A stretch of 64,000 bases of DNA from Octopus bimaculoides (lineage: Eukaryota), in NCBI RefSeq assembly GCF_001194135.2, contig NC_068985.1, positions 63,551,195 to 63,615,194 on the forward strand, read 5' to 3'. The notes under the pieces are model-generated. The model was not told where the DNA came from, searched no databases, and worked only from the letters and a program-made list of their open reading frames with translations. Positions 1 through 12,887 of this stretch are shown in pieces. Both the position numbers and the translations under genes were made by a program. The stretch's first letter is position 1, and each line of letters begins with the position of its first letter.

Positions 1-728
1 CTTCTCTTTTGCCTATGTGAGTTACAAGTATTGCTATCTGTGGAGACATATTGTAGTAGTAGAATTAGTACTTTAACTGCTATTTCTAAATTTCGGTATG
101 TGGTGAAGCAACTTTTGCTGATCCCTAAATTATATGTATATATATATATACACACACACATAATTGCTGTGGTTTTGCAAGCAATGAATCAATAATTAGT
201 GTATTAAAAAATTTAAACATTTAATTGAAGTTCCATGGAACAGTTGTTGCTGCTTGAATAAGAATTTTGCTTCAGATATACCAATGTACTTAACAAATTG
301 TGGAGAGAGAAATCTTCCCAAGGACAGGATGCTAGTCCCTATTTTATGCACAAAGAAAAATAATAGAGCCCAAGGAAACTGGTAATAATCTGTATCAGAA
401 AGGATCAGTTTAATATAATATAAAGAAGTGGTCAGTCTTTGCAGAAGGAACCTAGTCACACATCAGAGATGTTTGAACTAGGTTGAACTATCCACCACCC
501 ATACCACATGGTCATTAACATACTTTACAATCTATTTTGTTGTACTTACCTTTTCCAGAAAAGAACTGATCAATTCTACAGCATGACTATGTCAAGACAT
601 ACTTATATGTTGTTTCCAGAATCATAATGAAACTCCTAGAGCTGATACAAAGCTGGATACAAGAGTAAATGCTACAAAACCACACACACACAACTACTTC
701 ATCTGTCATCTGGAGACTGCATGTTTAG

Positions 729-755
<27 letters not shown>

Positions 756-759
<4 letters not shown>

Positions 760-1095
760 AAAAACAAGAAAGAAAATGCTACTTTCTTAAAATTGGGTAC
801 ATTTTAATTTTCCTTTTACATGTTTCGGTTTTTGAAAAACCTTATCAAAAATATATGCTAAAATGGAATATGTAAAAAGGAAAGAACTATTAAAAAAATT
901 GAATTAAAATTAAAATTCAAAGTTTACTTTTCTTTTTCCTGCAAGAACGCATGATATCTTTTGGTTCTGGTAGCATGACAAATTCAACTGACTCTGACTG
1001 CAAATTAAAGGTTTTTCAAAAACCGAAATATATAAAAGGAAAATTAAAATGTACCTAATTTTAAGAAAGTAGCATTTTCGTTCTTGTTTTTCATA
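756..1095. mobile_element. Short inverted-repeat element (~86-bp arms), probably Penelope-derived, with hammerhead remnants
   Basis: Arms 756-841 and 1010-1095 differ at about 5 positions; flanked by (TA)n/(TG)n; contains GAAACATGTA. Confidence 0.7.
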
Positions 1096-1148
1096 GATAT
1101 CTACTTACTCGTGTGTTACCTCTACAAATCTTTTCAAATATATATATA

Positions 1149-1470
1149 TATCTGTAAATAATATGTGACAATTATTCGGTAGCCATAAGTTTCAGATGTC
1201 GGGGCGGAAACCCACGCCACCATCTCTTCAGTTATCTGGCCATTGAAAAAATACTATGAAACAAAGGGAATTTACTATGTGATTGACCGTTATTAAGACA
1301 AAAGAGCTATTAGAATGACAGCTAAGTGAGGGGAGGGAGTAATGGTAAGGGAGTCAAAAGGATCATAGTATTCACGTAAGTGCACCAGTCCATACATACA
1401 CATGCACCGACATCCGAACTCGGAGTTTTATCATGGCTACCGAATAATTGTCACATATTATTTACAGATA
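1149..1470. mobile_element. Short inverted-repeat element (perfect 38-bp arms), probably Penelope-derived, with split hammerhead motif
   Basis: 1149-1186 is the exact reverse complement of 1433-1470; CTGAAGA on minus; in a (TA)n context. Confidence 0.75.
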
Positions 1471-1988
1471 AATTCCTCTATTTACATAATATTGCGGTCT
1501 CTTTCTTTCTTTTGTTGTCTTACCTTTTCTATCAATATATATATATATATACACACACAGAAATAGACATGTATGGAGTGTGTGCATGTGTATATGTCTT
1601 CAGGTAATATATTTCAATCCCCTGCCACAACATGTAGTACATCATATATCACATTCCCTTGCCTACAATATGGAGTATATCATATATCATGGAAATTCAT
1701 TGATAAATATACAACAAACTCTATTTTTTCCTCAGTTTTTATTCAGCATGAATGAACAATATAAAATATGGGACAGATTTGCTAAAACAAACATTTACAC
1801 ACACAAAGGCCTGTAATACACACAGGATAGACCTCTTAACACTCAAAATGTGCAACAGTGTGCATGTGCGTGTGTACACATGCATATGTGTATATTTCAC
1901 ATATACCATGATACATACATACATACATATGTATATATAATGTAAATGCTTATATGAAATGTAAATGCATATGTGTGTGTGTGTGTGA

Positions 1989-2055
<67 letters not shown>

Positions 2056-2587
2056 CACATGTATATGTATAAAATAATATATACATAATGACTATAGTAT
2101 ATATCATATAAAATATATTACATAAAATTCCTAAATATGTAATATAGATATACTTGACATAATGTACATAATATATACCTTTTATTATGTATAATATTGC
2201 ATTACATATGATATATATATTATACATAAAAATATTTAATATACATATGAAATATATTGTCTGTCTGTATCTAATTATATAAATATATATATACATACTC
2301 TTGTATGCGTGTATTTGTTAAATTAAGGTTATTATTTAAAAGCAGGTTTAAGGTCAGTAACAAAATATTGACTGAGAAGACTCAATACTGGAAATAGAAT
2401 CAAATATATTAGAAAATTCATTTGATTAATTTTTCCCTGATTGTTTATCCAACTGTTTTTTTAGTTGAATAAGCTGTCAGCTGAATCAAATCTCAATCAC
2501 AATGAAATATATATATATATAAACACACACATATATGAGCGTGTGTCTGTATATGCGAATTTATATGTATGTGTGTATATGTATGTG

Positions 2588-2618
<31 letters not shown>

Positions 2619-2807
2619 CTGTATAATTGCACAACACACATACATATATACTATGAACAAATGTTATGTTATGTACATTATATACATTTCATACATAAGT
2701 ATACACATTACATGCACTCTATATGTAGGTATGTATATATATATATATATATATATACACATACATATATACTTGTACATATATATACTTCTGTGTGTGT
2801 GTGTATG

Positions 2808-3525
2808 NNNNNNNNNNNNNNNNNNNNNNNNNNNNNNNNNNNNNNNNNNNNNNNNNNNNNNNNNNNNNNNNNNNNNNNNNNNNNNNNNNNNNNNNNNNNN
2901 NNNNNNNNNNNNNNNNNNNNNNNNNNNNNNNNNNNNNNNNNNNNNNNNNNNNNNNNNNNNNNNNNNNNNNNNNNNNNNNNNNNNNNNNNNNNNNNNNNNN
3001 NNNNNNNNNNNNNNNNNNNNNNNNNNNNNNNNNNNNNNNNNNNNNNNNNNNNNNNNNNNNNNNNNNNNNNNNNNNNNNNNNNNNNNNNNNNNNNNNNNNN
3101 NNNNNNNNNNNNNNNNNNNNNNNNNNNNNNNNNNNNNNNNNNNNNNNNNNNNNNNNNNNNNNNNNNNNNNNNNNNNNNNNNNNNNNNNNNNNNNNNNNNN
3201 NNNNNNNNNNNNNNNNNNNNNNNNNNNNNNNNNNNNNNNNNNNNNNNNNNNNNNNNNNNNNNNNNNNNNNNNNNNNNNNNNNNNNNNNNNNNNNNNNNNN
3301 NNNNNNNNNNNNNNNNNNNNNNNNNNNNNNNNNNNNNNNNNNNNNNNNNNNNNNNNNNNNNNNNNNNNNNNNNNNNNNNNNNNNNNNNNNNNNNNNNNNN
3401 NNNNNNNNNNNNNNNNNNNNNNNNNNNNNNNNNNNNNNNNNNNNNNNNNNNNNNNNNNNNNNNNNNNNNNNNNNNNNNNNNNNNNNNNNNNNNNNNNNNN
3501 NNNNNNNNNNNNNNNNNNNNNNNNN
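2808..3525. other. Assembly gap (others: 23369-24141, 33721-33730, 36240-36935, 47464-47563, 49910-50043, 55957-55966, 60735-60908, 62773-63312)
   Basis: N runs, mostly bordered by microsatellites. Confidence 0.99.
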
Positions 3526-3576
<51 letters not shown>

Positions 3577-4039
3577 GATAGATAGATAGATAGATGTAAA
3601 TACTCAAATTATAGAAAGTATTAATACCAAGTATCATCAGCCTATCTCAACTTTTGTTGAACCCACCTTATTAATACATCGATTAGTTTAACATAAATGA
3701 TGCACCAGGTTTCCCTGGAAAGGTAAACTTAGGATCTACCTACATACCACACTTATTTGTTGAGCACTCTAGAAAACAATTATCCACTATGATTGAACAT
3801 AAATATTTATTTATATATATACACACACACACATGCAAACATACACACACATATTTATGCACATATAGAGTGTATATAAAGGAGATACATGCTATGAAGT
3901 TAGAGAGGAGTATTTGCCAAAGGGATGTTATTCAGTTACTCTGTACACATTTTGTGTAATAAAGTAGGGGATATATTTACCTGTTCATGCATAAATATAT
4001 CACCTGAATCTAAAGAAGGAGAAGAAAGATCTTGAAATG

Positions 4040-4732
4040 CATCAGTTTAATACTTGCACCATTGCATTAATGTATTCATGTATGAACTTGTATGTACATG
4101 TAGTAGCTGGCCTGGCAGGGTGACATAAAGCAGGAATGGATTTCTGAGAGAGACATATATAGACAGATAGAGAGAGAGAGAGAGAGAAAGATGAAGAACT
4201 GGTTCATGTAGCAGACAAACCTTCAGATAAAAGACCACAAAGGACAGAAGAAGCTGCGGTTTTGAACAGCCAACACTGACACAAGGAAATCCCACAGCTA
4301 CTATGATCCCCAACAACAGCAAAGAATACTGCCAGTGTAATATGAGATCACATGACTGACACAACCAATCAGAATCCATATTTCTGTGAAAGAAAATGTG
4401 AGAGTGGAGCTACGATGCAATAAATATCAAACTCCTCAACTCACAACAATAGCAAGAAAATGAGTAGCCAACCTGGGAACCAAAACAGTAGCAGACATGT
4501 CAGTAGGGTAGCAGTGAGTAGCATAATAAAAAATATTGGAGAGAACTTGTTAAATAACGGAATAAGCATACTGAAAAGTAGATATGATGACAATGTGATT
4601 GTATGATTGAATGTACAATTGCTGTCAATCAGCTCAACATGTGAGATGTTGTAGAAACAAGTGATGTAGTATTTTACACCTGAACATTTACCATGGAATT
4701 TACCATGACTGAAAATGTTATGAGATTTGTTT

Positions 4733-4775
<43 letters not shown>

Positions 4776-5118
4776 ATGTGTGTGTTCTCTTGGACTTTCT
4801 TAGCTTCAAATCTATTTTGAAGTGGAGAAAAGTTACCAACTTCAACCCCTGACCAGTAGCATTGAGAAGATCTTGGTCCACTGGTGTCCAGGAGATCTGA
4901 AATAGACAGAGAAGGGTAGCTAACACTGTAGAGGGAACAAGGAAGCCATGCTATTAATAAGCCAACTTGTCTTCTCTCTAGCTAGCTAAAGCATGGCCAA
5001 GCTGGTGACCTTAGACTTGCAAACCACTGTCTCCAGTCTATCTTCCATCAATATTGTCTTTCAGTTAAAATGGTCACAGAACAGCAGCTGCAATGGAATT
5101 GCACAATTTCAGAATAAT
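4040..5118 (-). other. Probable Sbf 3' UTR (end uncertain)
   Basis: TE-poor sequence after the stop codon, with candidate poly(A) signals AATAAA (4730-4735) and ATTAAA (4046-4051) on minus. Confidence 0.45.
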
Positions 5119-5211
5119 TTATTGGATGCAGCTCTGAATTTTATCAATCCATTCCTGAGCAGACTTGGCATCAGTGTCCAGGAAGTTGTAAACTCTTCTC
5201 ATTGTCCGCAG
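5119..5211 (-). CDS. SBF2: Sbf last coding exon ([10 protein letters not shown]...[13 protein letters not shown])
   Basis: tttccAG acceptor, 30 codons plus TAA. Matches the SBF PH C-terminal helix W.DKIQSCI. Confidence 0.96.
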   Translation of the reverse strand: MRTMRRVYNFLDTDAKSAQEWIDKIQSCIQ

Positions 5212-5391
5212 CTGGAAATAGAAAACATTGAGGAGGCCATTAAACTAGAATATAACATCAATTTTACATAGACAATCAATATTATATTATATTAACAATC
5301 AATATTATATCAAACTTATACTGACAATCAATGTCATATGAACTTTAGACTGACAATCATTGATATTTCAGTATTATACTGGCAATATTAT

Positions 5392-5590
5392 AAGCAGAAA
5401 CATTAGCATGCCAAGCAAAATGTTTAGTAGCATTTCGTCTGTCCTTACATTCTGAGTTCAAATTCCGCCATGGTCAACTATGCTTTTCATCCTTTTGAGG
5501 TCAATAAAATAAGTACTAGTTGAGCACTGGGGTCCATATAATGTAGTTCCCCTTCTCCTGTACATGCTGACCATGTGTCAAAATTTGAAA
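5392..5590 (+). mobile_element. tRNA-derived SINE family A (further copies 6237-6440, 11490-11698, 32325-32530, 54650-55082 tandem pair, all minus; partial 42660-42745)
   Basis: Repeated ~200-bp unit with A-box-like TGGCAGAATC and B-box-like GAGTTCAAATTC. Confidence 0.75.
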
Positions 5591-7429
5591 TCAATATTAT
5601 ATCGACAATCAATATTACACCAATATAAGCCAAACAAGAGAGTGTTTAGATGGTAACTTAACTTGCTAGAAACAGTAGGCAAATCCCTCAAATTAAGCCC
5701 AAATATCTTAAAATGAAAAACACATGGAGTAACATAATCCTAGATACAGTTAAGATGGGATGGTCAGAGATAGGAAGTCTTTAATCAGAGGTACACAACA
5801 ACAATTTCACTAATTGTTTAAATGAGTTTTGTTAGCTCCAGATAGATTTAAACACCTAAATACTTGAAATTAATAAATTACTGAAGCAAACATTGATCAT
5901 TTTTTTTATTCTTCTTCAGAGTAATCTTTTGGCTGCACAAGGAAATGAAGTTTTTTTTTTGTAACTAGAGACACAGGTGTAAGGTTTAAATTCATCACCT
6001 TAGAGTAACTATACCAACACCATATTTCTACCATTCTCTCTGTCTCACAAGTTTTATTCCAGAATCTTCAAAACTAATTAAATTTTAATTTTGAAATTTT
6101 GAAGACAAAAAAATATTGATTAAATCTAATATCTTTAACACTGAGATCAATAACCTCTGAAGTAACATGGACTAAATGGACAGATAAATAGCCTAGTAAA
6201 ATCAGCAACAGGATAGATATATATATTTCTTTATTGCCTACAAGGGGCTAAACACAGAGGGGACAAACAAAGGGACTAAGTTGATTACATTGACCCCAGT
6301 GCATAACTGGTACTTATTTAATCGACCCCGAAAGGATGGAAGGCAAAGTCGACGGAATTTGAACTCAGAATGTAATGGCAGATGAAATACTGCTAAGCAT
6401 TTCACTTGGCGTGCTAATGATTCTGCCAGCTTGCCGCCTTATGTATGTATGTATGTATGTATGTATGTATGTATGTATGTGTGTGTATGTGTGTGTGTGT
6501 GTGTATATATGTATGGATATACATATATATATACACACACATGCACAAACACACATATATATCCTATATCATTAATAAATTATGACATGATGTTGGTATG
6601 CTCTGCTAGATGCGCAATGTCTGTGTATGTGTGACAGAGTGCTAGTGTACTGAAAGAAAAGTTAAGCATAAGAGGAATTAAATGCAGTGTACAAAAGAGA
6701 AGATTGCACTGCTTTGATCATATGATGCATATGGATGAGGACAGTTGCATAAAGAAGTGCCAATCAAAATGGATGAAACTTGTGGAAAAGGAAACTTAGG
6801 AAGACAAAGTATTGAAAGCTGATCTTAAAATGCTAAGCTTCATAATGGAGATAGCAAAGGACTCAGATATCTGGCACCTTACTGTACTCCAGAAGACCTG
6901 TCCACCACAGCAGAATTGATATCCTAGAACCTCCTTGGTAATGCATCTCCATGGAGGGCTCTACTCAGTTATCCTTCTCCCTCCACCCACATTTCATCCC
7001 CTAACACCCATCACTTCTGCTATCACCTGAGAGCAGAAGTACTGACACACACTAAACACCCTGGCTTTCTCAGTTATGTTTACTCTCCACACTCCAATAA
7101 CCTTTCTTCTCTCACTTACTGTCTCTCCCCTTCTTGTGCTGCTCTCCATCAATTCCTCACTTACCTGCTATCACACTCAATCCCCACCACTGAGCTTCTC
7201 CTATATTTATCTCCATTATTTGCTACAGTCACCTCATCCTGTCCACTCACCAACTTTTTTCACCTCACCTATTCTCATCATCCCCAATGTCCCTTGAGAG
7301 CATGTCCCGACATCTCTGCCTTCATCACTCTCACTATCATTCTCCAACTGAAACTCCTTTGTTTTCCAGCTTGGGTATCCATCTATCTACTCTACAGTAA
7401 AACACCTAAATTTATCCCCTCTATAACTT

Positions 7430-7850
7430 AAGTCATTCAACTGACACAAAGCCACACTCCTACAATACTACTCCCCCCACCCAGTTGAGGGGTTTTATCT
7501 TGGAAGGTACTTGGTGACTCTATCAATGCTGGTGCCACATAAAAAAGCACTGGTGCTGATGCCATATAAAATACACTGGTAATGGTGCCATATAAGAAGC
7601 ACTAGTGATGATGCTTCATAAAAAGCAATAGTGATGGTGCCATGTAATAAGCACTGGTGCCACATAAAAAACACTCTGTAAAGTGGTTGGCATTTGAAAG
7701 GGCATCCAGCTGTAGAAACCATACCAAACCATACAAAACAGATGATGGAACCAGGTGTGGCTTCTGGCTTTGTTAGCTTCAGTCAAACCATCCAACCTAT
7801 GCCGACAAGGAAAGCATACGTTAAATGTTGATGATGATGATGATATGGCA
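7430..7850 (+). mobile_element. 5'-truncated RTE 3' end / RTE-derived SINE (further copies 8545-8690, 9230-9495, 21880-22155, 23128-23300, 35905-36230, 45295-45630)
   Basis: Shares the GTGGTTGGCATTAGGAAGGGCATCCAGCTGTAGAAAC core and (GAT)n tail with the 3' end of the RTE LINE at 55968-58113. Confidence 0.8.
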
Positions 7851-7879
7851 ACAACAACAACAGCAGCAGTTGGACACAT

Positions 7880-8500
7880 ACATGGAAATATGTTGGAGCA
7901 GAGCCCTTTAAGCTGTAACTAAATAACCACAGGTCCTCTTTTCGGATCCAGAGGGGGCAATGTTAAGTACATATGGCATTTAAAGGAAGAGGTAATGCCA
8001 TACAGGATAAAATGGAAGCACCTGGAACAGCCTGGATCGTAGCTTAACAGGAGCAGACAATACAAAAAATTTGATTGATCTGGGGGCCTTCTTCCAAAAG
8101 TGAAATGTTTAGTTGGTGTCCTCATTAGAGAAAATTTTTGTTGGAGACATGGAATTCCTCACTTGCTGACAAGTGAACAGAAATCGTACAAAAACTGACC
8201 CTTTTCACACAAACCTGGAAATGTTGAAAAGAAGATAATGCCATCTTTCTGAAATGGAATTTTCACTTCAAAGAATTTCATTTCAGGTTCTTTTTTCGCA
8301 ACCTTGATGACCAAGACTGTATTCATACCTCCATTAGTAAAGGGGTTATGTACCTACAGCCAGCAGGTCTGATGAGTTGACTATGTTGCTAAGAGTAATA
8401 AGAGATGCCAAACTAATAGTAACTTTCTGACCAGCCATAACTAATTACTACATAAAATACTACTGCACAAAAATAATAATTTAGATTGTGCTTCATTTCT
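7880..8500 (+). mobile_element. Penelope-like GIY-YIG endonuclease 3' fragment with terminal repeat
   Basis: Degenerate KYVG..PFKL*LNNHRSSFR and KYIWHLKE...IKWK peptides, followed by a hammerhead remnant. Confidence 0.6.
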
Positions 8501-9495
8501 GACTTAGATACAACTCACACACATATATATATATATATAGCATATCAGTCTATGCTGTAAAGTGGTTGGCATTAGGTTGGTATCCAGCCATAAAAACCAT
8601 ACCAAAGCAGACATTCAGCACATTGGTTCCTATAAAACTGTCCAACCCATACCAGCATGGAACATGGACACCAACTGATGTTCAAGATATATATAGCCTA
8701 TATTGCCCCACCTTCATTCTCACTACCTCATCAAGTCTTTCCCACACATCTCACTCCCTAACACTCATCACTTCTTTATCTCTGGCATTATCTGGTTACC
8801 AGAATCACCTGAGAGTACAATAGGCACATACTACATCCCTCCCCTTTCACTACCTTCCTTTTTTTTCCCCCAACACCAAAACCACTTCCATTCCTCATTA
8901 TCTTCTTCCAGCTATGCTCTCTCTCCCCTCTACGATACTCCATCCTTAACATCTCCTTTATCTATCACTCCCAATGCCCTCATATATCTAACATAACCCC
9001 TCCTACTGAGATGCTCCTATATCTCTCACCATCAATTACTACAGTAACCTCTATCCCATCTAATCGCTCCTCACATTCTTATGACACTTGCCCTGACACA
9101 TATCCACCACCAACACTCTCTCCATCTCTATTTTTCCCTTCAAGTCTCTCTTTCTCTTCCTTCTTCTCCAACAGGTTATCCTTGTGTCCCTTCTATCTCT
9201 ATCTCTCTATCTCTCTATTATTCTCTTAACCTCTTGTCAACTGACACAAAGTAACCTCCCTCAGTGCTATTCACCCCAGTCTAGGGGACTTTGTCTTGCA
9301 AGTTACTTGGTGACCCCCACCAGTGCTGATGCCATGAAAAAAAAAAACACAATACATTGTCAAGTGGTTGGCATTAGGATCCAACTGTAGAAACCATGCC
9401 AAAGCGGATGACAGAGCTTGGCAAAGTCCTTTGACTTGCTAGAGCATCAAACTGTCCAACCCATGCCAGCTTGGAAAACAGACATTAAATGATAA

Positions 9496-11468
9496 TGATG
9501 TAAAGTGGGTTCCTCCCACTGGTGTGATGTGTGACTGCTGTTGTACTGTAGTTGCTGTTTACGTTAGTAGCCACAATAGTTACTAGTCATCAGATACCCT
9601 TGTATCTCTTCATACCGGAATAGTAGTACACTAACTTCTTCTGCCTTACTATCGCTGATAGCTCCATAAGACACCGACTAGAACTGTTGACTCTCAACCC
9701 TCTCTTGACGACCAGCTACTGGTCTATATAAAATGGCTGTCTCCTCCCACTTTTTACCAGGTGGGGTATACAGTTTCACTATACAACATCTCCCCTTTTA
9801 ATTATTTTATTTAACAAACAATTTTTTTTATTCACCCCACCTCTTCCCTTTTTGTATATACTCAATATCTTTTCTTTTTAGGGTCTACTTTTAGGAATTC
9901 AGTGTCCTTCTTTCTCCTTGTACATGTGGTTTCTACTTCTTGTATTGGTGCTCGAATCTGAAAAGTGTCATACTTTTGTTTTCTCACTTATGATTGTGAT
10001 ATCACTTCCCATGTCTATTTGCATTCTGATACTAGTGGTTTCAATTCTCATATTCATGAATTTTCTGTTTGTTGTAGTCACAACTTTTCTTGCTGAAAAA
10101 ACTATTTATTTTTTCTTGTTTGTTCTATCTGCCTTTCATTCTAGTTTTGCAGTGTGATTTTATATGTCCTGTAAACCTGCGGTGAAAACACTTTACTTTT
10201 TTATAAGGACAATCTTTTTTTAGGTGCATCCCACCACATGCCATACATGGGTCTACGTCCCAATATTTTTCTGTTTTTCCTGCAACACTTTCTTTGAACT
10301 GTTTTGCACTGATCTTATATGAAAACACTCTTTCCATTGAATTTCTTCCATGTCATGCCTTAATTTTACTATCATGTCACACTCTTCCGACAGTTTCTGC
10401 AATGTCAAAACCTGGTTCATTTCCAGTTTTGCTAGAATTTTCATTTGGATTTCTGCATCCCTTTTATCTGTCAATCCTTGTGCAAAAATCAAACACTTGA
10501 AAGAATCTGGAGTAAGCAAATCCAGCCTAAATGTCTCACATTCTTTGTTGACTCTGTCTGTGTAAGTAGTGAAGTCTTCATCTTTATTCTTTTTTATGCT
10601 TAAACATTTCCATCTAGTATTAAACAGTGAGCTCTTTTCACTAAACATTTTACACATAATGTCAACTGTCGGTGAAATTTATGTTGGATATTTTTTCTGG
10701 CAATATGAAGTTACTACACTTTCCATGTTCTGCTGTTGCTTGTTTTCTTAAAACTAGAATCATTTTCATTTCATCCGTCCAATCCAGACATTCTTTTTCA
10801 AAAATTTGTTTAAGTCTTCGAAAGTAAGACTTGAAGGTTACTCCTTCTTTGGGGTCATATTTGAATTTGCTACGTGGTCAGGTAAAAATGTATTCTCAGT
10901 TTGGTTATCAATTTCATTAGTTGTAACATTTGCTGCTGCAATCCTTGTTGTTGTTCTTGTTCCTTGAATTGTTGTTACTGTTTTTGCAACTCAACTATGC
11001 CAGCTAACAAGTCTTCCTTATTTTACTAATTTTCTAAGTTTGCACAACAAGATTTTTTTTTTTTTTGTTGAGTTAGTTAATTTTCCACATGAATTAGTTT
11101 AAACTCTCCATGAGAATGTTTTTCTTCACTTTGCATAAACTTGTTTTTCCTCATCGCCACTGTTGTAAAGTGGGTTCCTCCCACTAGTGTGATGTGTGAC
11201 TGCTGTTGTACTGCAGTTGCTGTTTACGCTAGTAGCCACAATAGTTACTAGTCATTGGATACTGTTGTATCTTTTCGTACCGGAATAGTAGGACACTAAT
11301 TACTTTTGTCTTACTATCAGCGGATAGCTCCACAAGACACCGACTAAAACTGTCAACTGTCAACTCTTCAACTCTCAACCCTCTTTTGATGACTAGCAAC
11401 TGGTCTATTTATAATGGCTGATCCTACCACTTTTTACCGGGAGGGATATACAGTTTCACTATACAACA
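9496..11468 (-). mobile_element. Non-autonomous Ty3/gypsy (Mag-like) LTR element, gag only
   Basis: LTRs 9496-9788 and 11161-11468 with TGTTGTA...TACAACA ends; PBS TGGCGATGAGG; PPT AAAAGGGGAGA; frameshifted gag with zinc knuckles at 10125-10657. Confidence 0.92.
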
Positions 11469-11741
11469 GATGATGATTGCTAACAAATAATGGTTTCAAA
11501 TTTTGGCAATCTAAAGGGAGTGGGGTAAGTCAGTTACATCAACTTCAGTGTTTAACTGGTACTTATTTTATCGACCCTGAAAGGATGACAGACAAAACTG
11601 ACCTCAGCAGAATCTGAACCCAAAACATAAAGAGCTAGAAGAAATGCTGCTAAGCATTTTGTCCAATTCACTAATGATTCTACCAGCTTGCCACCTTAAT
11701 TACAAATAAGTGATAAAAGACAATGTTAAATGTAGCCTTAC

Positions 11742-11873
11742 CTCAAAGCAGCCATTTTCATCAGATTTCTTTGGTGCACCTTGGACATTTTTGATAGGTT
11801 GAACAGAGACCACTTCACCAAGGTCTATATAGCCCTTACAACTGGAGTCTTCCATAGCATCGTAGTAACGCAA
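11742..11873 (-). CDS. SBF2: Sbf exon: PH domain middle (LRYYDAMEDSSCKGYIDL...GCFE)
   Basis: 132 nt, AG/GTAAGG. Not present in the supplied ORF track; read directly. Confidence 0.96.
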
Positions 11874-12189
11874 CTAGTTGAGAAAAAGCAGAAAAATATA
11901 AGGTGAATACTTCAAATATGGTTAACTTTTTACATTAACAACATCACTAATATAATAAACAAATTCCATACTCTTTACGCACACCAAAACCATATCCATA
12001 GGCCTTGTTAAAGGAAATATCCATAAGATTTGTTATAAGCAACATCCATATGCCTTGTTATAGGCAATATGTAAGGGCTCAAGGATCTTTTAATTCAAAG
12101 GTAGAAGGTGGTAGATGAAGAAGGTATATGCATCGTTCTATTCGAATTTGTGTTGGATGTAAAATTTAGTAAATATAACCAGATTGGAT

Positions 12190-12620
12190 TTTCAGAGGAA
12201 TAGATATCTTGAAGAGGACGAGGCAAAATATTTAGAAAGAGAGATTGAGGAGTGATGGGATACAGTTGAAGTGGAGTACATTGTTAGAATATTCAGTGGA
12301 GTTGTAGGAGTTGCAGATGAGGCAAGGAGAGATCAGAGCAAAATGGAAGAGCTGAGTTTGAAGAATATTCATGAGTGAAGGCCCTCCTCTAACACAGATG
12401 TCTAGAATAAAATCCTATCACATGAACAGTATTTTAGTGCTGGGGTAGTTTTGTTTCATAAACTGGAATGACAGTTTAGAGCTGTTCAATAAATCTAATT
12501 TTATGATGGTACTGAAGCCATGTCAAGAATATGGGAAGTTTGAGAAGTAAAGGGAGAGGATGGTGGTGGGCTGGGTTCGGACACGCAAGAGCACAATATT
12601 GTGAGTTTGCAACCAGTACC
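12190..12620 (-). mobile_element. Degenerate Penelope-like fragment (C-rich coding strand; similar fragments 6950-7430 and 8700-9230 on plus)
   Basis: Composition and weak peptide resemblance to the element at 50045-52045. Confidence 0.35.
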
Positions 12621-12887
12621 AAGTTATCTTTTGGTGCTGTTACATCTTCAGTGCAGTAAATTCAAAAAAATTTTTCATTGCAACATAACCAGGTGCTCCA
12701 GCATGACCGTAGCCACTTGGCTGAAATGCATAAATAAATAAACCTTCATTAGTAATTTACCACACGTTGTTTGGTGACAAAGAAAATGAAGTTTGATTTA
12801 GTTAGGGAACAAATGAATATACTATTTATTTTAATGGTTTTTAAAACAAAAATAACTTCTGTAAAAATAAAGGACAAATGAACTGAC

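Noticed and set aside
1739-3637. Long ORFs of YI/HT/CV repeats and X runs (also 18078-18950, 23290-24228, 36093-37086, 48972-49507, 62446-63372)
   Set aside because: Translations of (TA)n/(CA)n microsatellites and N gaps, not genes.
7525-7680. CRISPR-like regularly spaced repeats
   Set aside because: Contiguous tandem units with no unique spacers, inside a eukaryotic retroelement 3' UTR; no cas genes.
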